NCBI GenBank assembly: GCA_002269645.1 | Contig: NIVC01002566.1 | Coordinates: forward strand, 1 to 64,000 | Length of the DNA stretch: 64,000 nucleotides | Source: Macrostomum lignano | Lineage: Eukaryota | Reading direction: 5' to 3' | Shown here: positions 35,438 to 47,400 of the stretch, piece by piece | How positions within the stretch are numbered: position 1 is the stretch's first letter | Layout: each line of letters begins with the position of its first letter | The notes under the pieces: model-generated | What the model was told of the DNA's origin: nothing | The model's input: the letters and a program-made list of their open reading frames with translations, nothing else | The model's database searches: none | Position numbers and translations under genes: made by a program

Positions 35438-38400
35438 ATGCAACAGAGCCTAAAGCTTCCACAGCAGCAGTCGCCATCCCAGTCCAAGCAGCCTGAATCG
35501 GTAAATCAGCGACCAAGTGTCACAATGTCCATAAAAGTTCGCGACAACAATGTACCCTTAGTAAAAGGAATCGAAGCTTATAAGCACACAAAACGACGAT
35601 GCCTGGAGCTGTCGAACGGTGCCAGTGTTCTTCTTATTAGCTGGTCAAACTTGGAGCAGATTCAGGGCTTCTTCGATCCCTACAGCGTGTTTCTTTGCGT
35701 GAACCTCAACATTGGCCGGCTTCACGACCCACCCGATTGTGTAGGCCTTGCCGAGTTGTGCCAACGACTGACGCTCTGCGGCTCCAAAAAATATCCGAAC
35801 GACGAGCAGGCTGGTAAGTCAGTCAGTCCGTCTGAATCTGCTTGGCTAATTTTGCGGTGCGCTGTGGCTTTTTAAAATGGAACAGCATTTCAGCTACTAG
35901 CTGAAAGACCTAGTAGGGACGATTGACAATTCACCTGCACACCAAAATCTCGTTAACCGCTTGGTGATCAGGATGCTAGCACACCCCGGTACAGTATACG
36001 ATCGCTACTCGTACGACGTACATGTTGCTCTGGTGCATCTATAACTGGTTAAAATGCCACGACGATTGATGGTTCAAGTTATTGAATCACCCTAATCGCA
36101 GTCTAATCGCAGTCCTCCAAGGACTGGGAGGTAGCCACACACCCTCAATAACCCCAGCTAATGCTGGGTACCCATTTTACAGCTGGGTGAACTGAAGCAA
36201 TGTAGAGTTAAGTGTCTTGCTCATTACTCAAGGACACAAATTGTTCTAGTGGGATCTGGAATCGAACCCCCGGACCTTTCATTAGGGAGTCCAATGTTCT
36301 AACCACTAGGCTGCAATCCAGTTAACATTTAGTAATGTTAATAAACATTGTTTAGTATAATATCCGTGTTTGTTTTGTACATTGTTCTGAAAAAAGTTTT
36401 GGTGTATAAGAGATCCCTAGGGAAATCAAAATTTGGTTCTTACTCAAGAAAAAATGCGAGTTGCTGACAAAACTGCGCCTAATTTGCAGGTCTGCTCACG
36501 AAAGTTCAGAGAGAAAGCAGCTCATACTCAGAAGAGATCACAATCGGGCAGCCGCAACAAGAAAGCCATAGCAACTCAATATTGTCCGAATCATTCGATT
36601 TCGACCCGCTCGCTCGAATTGAGGTCACCGAGGATCAGACAATTTACACTTTTACCCTGGAAACCAACTATCAGTTGGAGATGTTTCTGGACCATCTCTG
36701 CGCCGGGTTGCAGTGTCCGCTGTTTAACAAGACGGCAGTGGAGCGGCAGGTGCAAATCTGGCAGGCAGTCTCTAAGACGAATGCGCCCTCCCTAATAGAC
36801 CAGTTAGAGCACTGCTCGGGTGACGCCAAGCATCCCTACAACCGGCTGCACCGTCAAAGTGGCCGAACTGTTGATAAATTATCTACCGATGAGCTAATTA
36901 ACCAACTGAAAGAATTTCACTCGAAAAACTATTCCGCTAATCTGTTGCGATTGGTGCTGTCGTATGCGAAGACACTGGACGAAATGGAGGTTCGTAACAG
37001 TCGTTAATATGTGGTTGTAAAGATTACCATGGCTATAAATAACTTATGCACCAAATACTCGAATTGACAGGCAATGGTGCTGGAGTCTCTGGGTGGAATG
37101 CAAAACTTATCGCTTCCACGTATTCGCTTTCCTCGTCACCCGTACGATGGTACGGAAATGGCAGTAAAGGTAAAATTGTGCCGTAAGCCTGAAGCCAATT
37201 CTTTCAAAGTATTTCAATTTTTATTGCGCCAAGAGACACAAAAAAGTTTATAAAAATAAAATGGCAACACATTAAAATTCAGCCACAAGCAAAGCTAGCG
37301 TTTTAAGATAGGCGACTCATCATTAACCACTTATGTGGCCATAGAAACTAATGTGAAAATTTAGCTACTCGCGTCAGCGCAAAGACAAAGCGTCCAGTGT
37401 TTACTATCGAAATGTCTATAAATCAACAGTACTTTGTACGTTTGCAGAAGGTCTTAATTGTTTATTATTACACTAATTACAATATTTCAGATATACTTGG
37501 CCTTATGACACATATTTAATTTTGCTAATTTTTACGTTTTCCCAGACATCGGAAGTCGTTTCCTTTTACGAGTATTTCATTTGAACCCAAAAACAGATGC
37601 AATGAAAAATTAAATCAACAACATTAACCGAGTAATTATTCGAATAGAAAAGTTTTAATAGTAGTACCAATAGTCGTTCAGAGTGAATAATATTACTATT
37701 AAAAGCCTAATAATTAGCGAAGTTAAATCCGTGGGCTTTATTATATAATCTACGTGGTACTACTCACAAACATAATATATTAACGGTTTGATAGTACAAT
37801 GGAGTAAAAACTGTTTTACTGCCGTGTACAGCTGATTTATAAGAAAATCTAGTATAGCGTCTTTCTACGTGTTCTTCATTCGTCTGTGCCTCCATGGCTA
37901 CATGTACGCCACCACCAACAAATTCTACGAGAAAAGGTGATAAGACCTTGAAAACCTATCAACTCATTCTGTAGGTTCGCATCAAAGGTAAATCTCTCGG
38001 TGGAATTTACATTGTGTTCGCACTGCCAGACCAGTCTACTAAGTATCTGTCGTCGCCAGATTTATTCTTAACCTTTCTGATGCACGTTGACGAGCGCGGC
38101 GGGTTGCAAGACTGTCTGCAGAGATTCGGACTGGGCTATTGTCAGTGCCGACTGTTGCCTAGCGGCAATCTAGGCTTTGATTCGTACTGCATCGCCATCA
38201 AAGGCATGTGTAAAGTTCGCGATGCGGAGAACAGAGTGAGTAGATCTATATGTGCTCAGATTATATAAAGATTGGTCAAAATGCATATTAAATAGTCTCG
38301 CTGTAGAACGGAGAGGTGAACTTAGGTACGCGGAGTGGGGCTCAAAGTAGAGCTCGAATCACAGTGGAAATCTTACCAGACCAGTTCGGGACACTCGGCA

Positions 38401-41400
38401 GGGTTTCATGGTAGGAAGTTTATCAGACACATCACGAACTGGCTGGGACACTTACGAACAACTATGCGCTATCGTGAAAGGGGTTGTCTTGCGATTCAGA
38501 GCCATGAGGCTAATCCCCAAGGTACAGAATGTGTACATAACCTGACAAATAAAATATCAGGGCCGATGTACACCCTGTGTGAGAGCGTTTATGAGTTCCC
38601 AGTGCCTGCTTACAGTATTGGTACACTTGTATGGGATCAGGAGTCTGCAGAGTGGGCTGAATTGCTAAACGGCTGGTTGTAGGACGATGTAGCCAAACGC
38701 GTTGCACCATAATTAATGAATAATTAACAATAAATATATGCACTTGTTTCTGAGCTGTGTAACGAATCAATACTAGACTTCCACGTATTATACATTTTCA
38801 TGTACACCTGTTATATTTAGCGCTCCATTTGCCAACACGCAGGCAATTACAGCAGTGTTCCGCTACCTGGCGTTACTGCGCGCCGTTGGTATCAACGAGC
38901 TTCAACGCAGAGAAATCTGTAAAACGCACGAATTGACTTATAATCCATTTAGTTTAACCGAGTTCGGTCCGCCGCCCGAGTGCCTGCCGCGGCGCATGCA
39001 GCGATATCCGCTCAGAGACCTGCTAGTAGCTCGTTTTAAAATGTCAAACACCGGGTCCGGCGTGCTCGTGGAATTTCTTAGTAGCTTATCACCGGATCGC
39101 TGCAAGGTTTTTGTTTCCGATACCAATGCCAGCAATAGGGAAGGTGCAGCCAGTCAGTGTAAGTGTGCATTTTTACCCAGTGAACCGACACACTTTAACA
39201 GCGTAATATTTTGCCATTTTTGCCTCTTTGAAACGTTCCCCGGGAAGTGACAAAAACGATTTGAAAAACGTTGGCCATATACAATACTTCAGTTGATTGA
39301 TTAGATGTTGTCAGCACTCATTTTAGCGTCGCAGGCACTCATTTTGGCGCCGCGGACAATCATTTTGGCGCCGCGGGCAATCATTTTAGTGCCGCAGGCA
39401 CTCATTTTGGCGCCGCAGGCACTCATTTTAGCGCCGCGGGCACTCATTTTGGCGCCGCGGGCACTCATTTTGGCGCCGCGGGCAATCATTTGGCGCCGCG
39501 GGCAATCATTTTGGCGCCGCGGGCAATCATTTTGGCGCCGCGGGCAATCTTTTTGGCGCCGCGGGCAATCATTTTGGCGCCGCGGGCAATCATTTTGGCG
39601 CCGCGGGCAATCATTTTGGCGCCCCAGGCTCTAATTTAAGCACCATGCAGCAAAATTTCCAAAATGGGTCACAAGGTATGGTGGGGGGGGGGGCAAAGCA
39701 TTGGCATGTCCCCCCCCAAATCTTTTACTGGCGCCCCTGTCCCCCCGTTGGCGACGCCCCTGCCCTTCATCTCACCCCACCCCCAACTAGAGATTAAAAG
39801 CTTTGTAATACATCGGTAGGTATTGACGCAAAAGTAGAGTACTTTATAATAAATATCAATATATTGTAAATAGTCGTAAACAAAGTAAACAAAGACATCG
39901 TCATAAATATATAGATGATGTCAAGACACAAAAATGGAGTCAGAACACAGATTTTGGGGGACGCAAAGAGGTATATTTACGTGGGCATAAATAATAAAGA
40001 AAAAAGGGTAAAAGTTAAAAGCAACGAAGAATACAATCTGCAAAAACTTTTTTACTTTTTTTACAAAGGGTCTAAGTGTATTCGGCCAAGTACTATTAGG
40101 TTAGCTTCTTGCCACATAACTAAGTTTAGGTTTTCACGAGCGTGAATGACAGAATCATAAGGCCAGTTGAAGTGTCAGTTATCGATAGTATCATTTTTTT
40201 TCACAGCCCCAGACAGCAGCAAGCCGGGAGAGCGCGTCAAGTTTACAGTGGAGAAAATTCCATCGGAGCTCCTGTCGGCTTGGGCCGCCAGCTGGCCGTC
40301 GAAGTCGGAGTTCGATGCCGACTTTATTCTGACACCGATCGGTCCCGATCCGACGCTGCCTCGTCCGCATCGATTTTTGCCCTGGAAAATTCCCTCGGAG
40401 GTGAGTGCGAGTTTAGCAATGAAAAATGTCTTGCTGGAAATTTTTATGCTGCCATAAATAAAATCAATAGACACATAGATTAGCAGAAGGGTTGTGTTCA
40501 TCCTAACGCAGCGCCTTCGGCGACATCGTCTCACACCCAAGTCTGCCCATTTCGCTGACTCCTGGGCAGATACAAGCGTGCAAACACTCGTACACACGCT
40601 CACACAGGGTTTAAATCGGCTCTAACTTTCAAATCGTCAGGCATGTAGACTCTCTGGGCCCTAAGTTAATGCGAGTCGCATTAAAACCTCCCCAGCCAAT
40701 TTTCGTGTGCACAATCCCTTATTTAATGTGGCGTTCGGGAATGGGACGTGTTTACACTCTGCTCTCATTTATAATTACGTGTATACTATGATATCTTAAG
40801 TAAGATGCCTCTTTAAAGTCGCTCATAATAATCCGTTTCTCTACCCTACAGTTCTCTACTATTCGATCAGAGTCTTCAACGTTGATAAAATCTCGTTGCA
40901 ACGATCTCGGGGCACCGGTGTCGCTCGAATACGCTACGACAAGGTGCAACTGCTTGGAGTTAACGAACGGCGCCCAAGCCATCCTGCTGCACAGCGAAAG
41001 TCTTGAAAATAAATCATTCGTCTGCGTCAGCCTTGGCGTCGGTCGGTTGCACGACCCACCGGACTGTGCGGGACTGGCTCAGCTGTGCCAGCGCCTGACT
41101 CTGCTTGAGTCGAAGAAGTATCCAAACATAACCGAGTGCTTGCACAATCTTCTCTATATAAACAGCTATCAAGGGTCGCCGTACTACGCGACGAGCGTTT
41201 CCGACGACCAGACAACTTACCGGTTCGAAATCGACAATTCATTCTTACATGAAAGTCTAGACCGACTTAGTGCGGGTATCCTGAGCCCTGAATTTACCGA
41301 GTCTAGTCTTACCCGTGAGCAACATCAGAACTTCTACAGTTGCAAGATTTCTGCCTTGGATTGCCTACAGCGCAGCTCGGGAAATTCAACTCATCCGATC

Positions 41401-44400
41401 AATCACCTGATACAGGGCAGTAATAAGACCGTGGGTTTGCTTGAGTTCAAAGAGCTGCACAAGCATCTAACTAGCTTTCATTCGCGGTACTACAGCGCTA
41501 ATCTGCTGCGTGTAGCAGTGTCTAGCAGCCACAGCATGGAAGACATGGAGGCAAGAGATCATTTTTATGTCACTTTTTTAATTGGGTCAGGGGTGCTAAA
41601 CAAACAGTTTAATGTTTCAACAGGCAATGGTTCTCACAGCATTCGGTGGAATGCCGAATCTGTCAGTATCGCCGCTGTCCTGCTATACTCACCCGTTCGA
41701 GGGCTCTAAGTTGGGCGTCAAGGTAAGCTTTATCTCTCTCATGGTCTCAATTGCCAGGACCACTAGTAATTGTGTCGTATCAGAATTTAGCACTTACCGT
41801 CTATGAAAAAATCTAATTGAAGGCTAAATTTCGCTCAAAATTTGCGATCGTCGTAATATCGATCGTAGGAGGTAAGAAATTGTCGAATAAGTGATTGAAG
41901 ACGATAGAACGTAACTGCTACGTCCTGATGCAAACTAAGCTTCTAGTGATCATTCAAGATTTTTACAGGGCTTATAAATAATAACTTTGCATTACCTAAC
42001 TTGTCCAGATTCGAGGAAAGTCATTAAGCCTCGGCGGAGCGCTGCACATCGTGTTTCCTCTGCACGACCAGACGGAGTTGTACAAAACCTCACCCGATCT
42101 GTACGTTAGTTACTTTCTCAACAGTGACTGCGGCGGCAGTTTAAACGCCTGTCAGGATCAGCTCAATATTGCAACAGTATCCGCCGGGATGCAGAACTCC
42201 GGTTCGCTAGGATTCGATTCGTATTGTGTGACAGTGTTATTATCGAATACTACTGATCTAAGTAAAGCTGATCTGATTAAAACTGAGAACAATGTGAGTA
42301 CTTTATAAACAGAGCAGGATTCTTTACAAAAAACAAGTTAGTCGGGCCTTTGGACACTGCCGAAAATAAAGGTGGCAGTCTCTCTAGCCATGACAGATGA
42401 AGGCAGGGCAGGTAAAGGCCGGTTCACATTACCACTAGTTGCTATGCTGGTCAAAGATTGCCCAAACCAACAATGCACAGTCGATTCAGGTTCATTTAAA
42501 AAATAAATTTGAGCAATATTTTGTCCCCAGAGTTACTGACGTTACTGCGAATTGGTCTTCTTATAATATCGGAACTTTGAATTTCTTACGTTCTTCGGAC
42601 GTCCAATACTTGAGCTTATAACTTATTTTGCTTTTTAGATGTGTAGATAGACACTTTCAACAATTTTCACCTATCAAACCATTTTAAAATCTGTAATAAA
42701 TACTCGTGCTATTGCTAGCTATATTTTATTGATGTTAACGTGGACGAATCTCAACATTTTTAGGCAATAACAGCCGTATTCCGGTACCTAACAATGCTGC
42801 GACAGCTGGAGCCTCGGGAGTGTCTGTTCAACATGGTCCGTCTTGCTCAAAGAAGGCTGTTCAATTTCGACCGCGAAGGCGAGTGCATGGCGCCGGGCAG
42901 TGAAAAACTCGACCCGTTGCAGCGGTTCTGCGATGAGTCGCTGCAGGTGCATTTGCAACGGTATCCAGTTAAGGAGCTGCTTACTGCTAGAAGTGGCTCC
43001 AAGCTTGAATACTCGGCACAGGATATCGCGGCATTCCTTCGCTTGCTTGTTCCAACCAACTGCAAGATTTTCGTCTCCGATTTTGGAGCAGATGCCTATC
43101 ACGAGTGCTCGTTGTTAAGTGAGAATTATTTCTGTTTCTTATGGTGTATTTTTACCGCAGCACCGATCTGCTCATCTTTCCTGGTGTGATAAACGCAAGG
43201 GCGTTGCCAGAATTCTTCTTTGGGAGGCTGAGTCGTCTGGGGGCTTTAGCACAAAGGGCTTTAGCACCAGGGGCTTTAGCACTAGGGGCGCCAGCACCAG
43301 GGGCGCCAGCACCAGGGGCACCAGCACCAGGGGCGCCAGCACCAGGGGCGCCAGCACCAGGGGCGCCAGCACCAGGGGCGCCAGCACCAGGGGCGCCAGC
43401 ACCAGGGGCGCCAGCACCAGGGGCGCCAGCACCAGGGGCGCCAGCACCAGGGGCGCCAGCACCAGGGGCGCCAGCACCAGGGGCGCCAGCACCAGGGGCG
43501 CCAGCAACAGGGGCGCCAGCAACAGGGGCACCAGCACCAGGGGCTTTAGCACCAGGGGCTTTAGCACCAGGGCGCCAGTACCAGGGGCGCCAGCACCAGG
43601 GGCGCCAGTACCAGGGGCGCCAGCACCAGGGGCGCCAGCACCAGTGTGTAAAGTACATTGCCATAAAAAATCCGTCGTATTTTCGTCCGTCACTCCCCAG
43701 CACCTGGCGGCAGTCTCTGCTGCAAGCCGAAGAAGGCAAACGAGCTGCACACGCTGGAAAAGCTGCCATCGGATCTTCTCACCGCCTGCTCAGCCAGCTG
43801 GCCAACTGCCTCCATCATGGCGGACACTTTGATCAAGCCGCCAAGGGAAAACTTGTTTATCAGTGCCGATTTTCAACTTAAATCGAGAGAGAAAAAATTT
43901 GAGGTATTCAATAATCTTTATTTATGTTTTACTATGCTTCTGCAAGGGAAACTAGCAAGTAGGTAGTGGTTTGTCGTGCAACCAGGGCCAGATCCTGATC
44001 CAGATCCTACCAGACAAAATCAAGTAGAAATCTCTATGTATTAGTTCAGTACATGTACCTTGATTATGTGCTATTTGATATCTTTGCACTCAAAGCAGTC
44101 TTGTTTAGATCATAGTTTCTAAGAAACCAAAGAGACGGCAGTCCTTGCTCCTTTCCACGTCTAATTTTAGTCGTCCGGTCCTCAGCAGCTGCTGATCAAA
44201 CAGTTTCCCAACGGCACCAGCATTTCTGGTGCTCGACTCTGGTTCTGTCAGGACGGCCTGCAGTCGTTCAAAAGTCCTCATTGTTTTATCGCAATTGATC
44301 TGCTGACGTCGCCTGGATCGATTGTCACAGATTGCAGGTCTTCCATCCATCTGGACTATCTGGTGCAGCTGATTGAACTTCACATTCAGGAGTTAAAGGA

Positions 44401-47400
44401 ACTGGCTTTAGAAGCCGAACTAGATTTGGAAATTTCCCGTAGCGACAGTGGAATTCAGATCTGCGCTGCAGGCTACAGTCAGCCTCTGCCCCTGCTGATG
44501 TCGACTGTGATGCAGAAGATTACAGAGCTGGATATTACTGAAACTTCGTTTTCAAGGGTAAGAATTGCTTTGACACGTACGGGGGGAATTGTCCGCAGTT
44601 TCTGACACTTTTAATTCCATTTTTATACAAATTTGCTGTCATGGTAAAGTGCATGGCACATTACTTATTTCTGATAAATTTAATCCCGGATGTGTTGGTC
44701 TGTTCATTAAAAATTTGAGCTTTTAAGCAAATTTGAGCCTGTTTCGCAACCTCCACACTCGCCGGAACTCGCGCCAGCCGATTTCATTATTTTTCCGCAG
44801 CTGAAGGGGCGAGCTGTTCGATGGGGTGAGTTGATGCCAGCAAGGATCATTTGGAAGACAAGATCTGGTGCAGACTCCCCAAGGTATTTCAGGACAGTGC
44901 TGTTTTAAAGCGATTGACGGGATGCTCAAGCCATAGAGGAAGTGTGTTGCTACAGGTGGAGAGGATGCTCAAGCCGTGGAAGAAGTGAGTTGCTACAGGT
45001 GGAGAGAATGCTCAAGCCGTGGGAGAAGTGACTTGCTACAGGTGGAGAGGATGCTCAAGCCGTGGGAGAAGTGAGTTGCTACAGGTGGAGAGGATGCTCA
45101 AGCCGTGGGAGAAGTGAGTTGCTACAGGTGGAGAAGATGCTCAAGCCGTGGGAGAAGTGAGTTGCTACAGGTGGAGAGGATGCTCAAGCCGTGGGAGAAG
45201 TGAGTTGCTACAGGTGGAGAGGATGCTCAAGCCGTGGGAGAAGTGAGTTGCTACAGGTGGAGAGGATGCTCAAGCCGTGGGAGAAGTGAGTTGCTACAGG
45301 TGGAGAGGATGCTCAAGCCGTGGGAGAAGTGAGTTGCTACAGGTGGAGAGGATGCTCAAGCCGTGGGAGAAGTGAGTTGTTACAGGTGGAGAGGATGCTC
45401 AAGCCGTGGGAGAAGTGAGTTGCTACAGGTGGAGAGGATGCTCAAGCCGTGGGAGAAGTGAGTTGCTACAGGTGGAGAAGATGCTCAAGCCGTGGGAGAA
45501 GTGAGTTGCTACAGGTGGAGAGGATGCTCAAGCCGTGGGAGAAGTGACTTGCTACAGGTGGAGAGGATGCTCAAGCCGTGGGAGAAGTGAGTTGCTACAG
45601 GTGGAGAGGATGCTCAAGCCGTGGGAGAAGTGAGTTGCTACAGGTGGAGAGGATGCTCAAGCCGTGGGAGAAGTGAGTTGCTACAGGTGGAGAGGATGCT
45701 CAAGCCGTGGGAGAAGTGAGTTGCTACAGGTGGAGAGGATGCTCAAGCCGTGGGAGAAGTGAGTTGCTACAGGTGGAGAAGATGCTCAAGCCGTGGGAGA
45801 AGTGAGTTGTTACAGGTGAAGAGAATGCTCAAGCCGTGGGAGAAGTGAGTTGCTACAGGTGGAGACTGTGTTGAGAAGGATGTCTTAATTAAAAGGCGAT
45901 TATGATAATTTAAGCCAACGATCTGTTTATATAAGGACAAACCATCGCCTTTTATATCCGTTGTCACAGTCACTGCTAAGACTATTAGTGGCATCGCGAC
46001 GCTTTCTCAAGCATAAATTTCCAACGCACATGACCATAATACGAGATTGAATTTATCAGAAGAAAGAAATGTACCGCTTTAATACTCGTATGGCACCAAC
46101 AAATTTGTGTTTGCAGCCGCTTCCAAAAGTGTCCGAACTTTCCGGACAACCCTCTTCCATGCATTGACTGTGATGAGTTGAATTTTACTACTAGTTCTGA
46201 ACAACTCTACTAGTAGTAGCGCAGCAGAGTTTCGCCGATTTTTTCAGGCTCGTTTATCAGTGAAGTCCTCTCTGAAGAACGACGAGGACGCTGATTCTTC
46301 GGAGGCACTGCAATGCTTGACGCTCATTCTGGGGACGCCGGCTGCGATGAACTGGCCGCACCGGGACAAGAGCTCAGAAGCGAAGAGTAAGAAGAGCTCA
46401 AAGATAATAATTATTTCATGCTTAAATAAGAAAGCGTCATTCAAAGAGAGTTGAGGTATAGTAGAGTTCAGTGCGGAAATGCATATTAGAAAAATTAACA
46501 ATGATAAATTTCCCAACGGTTTCCTGCAAACAGACACCTATGAATTATCCAGTAATAATAAATACACCTGCCACAATGGGGGGGGGCACACAGCCTCAAT
46601 TACCCCAGCCAATGCTGGCACCCATTTTACAGCTGGGTGAACTGAAGCAATGCAGCTAGGCTACAACCGCAACACTAGGCTACAACCCCAACACTAGGCT
46701 ACAACCGCAACACTAGGCTACAACCCCAACACTAGGCTACAACCCCAACACTAGGCTACAACCCCAACACTAGGCTACAACCGCAACACTAGGCTACAAC
46801 CGCAACACTAGGCTACAACCGCAACACTAGGCTACAACCCCAGCACTAGGCTACAACCCTAACACTAGGCTACAACCCAACACTAGGCTACAACCCCAAT
46901 ACTAGGCTACAACCCCAATACTAGGCTACAACCCCAATACTAGGCTACAACCCCAATACTAGGCTACAACCGCAACACTAGGCTACAACCGCAACACTAG
47001 GCTACAACCCCAGCACTAGGCTACAACCGCAACACTAGGCTACAACCGCAACACTAGGCTACAACCCCAACACTAGGCTACAACCTCAACACTAGGCTAC
47101 AACCCCAGCACTAGGCTACAACCCTAACACTAGGCTACAACCCAACACTAGGCTACAACCCCAGCACTAGGCTACAACCCCAATACTAGGCTACAACCCC
47201 AATACTAGGCTACAACCGCAACACTAGGCTACAACCGCAACACTAGGCTACAACCCCAGCACTAGGCTACAACCGCAACACTAGGCTACAACCGCAACAC
47301 TAGGCTACAACCCCAGCACTAGGCTACAACCGCAACACTAGGCTACAACCCCAACACTAGGCTACAACCCCAACACTAGGCTACAACCCCAACACTAGGC

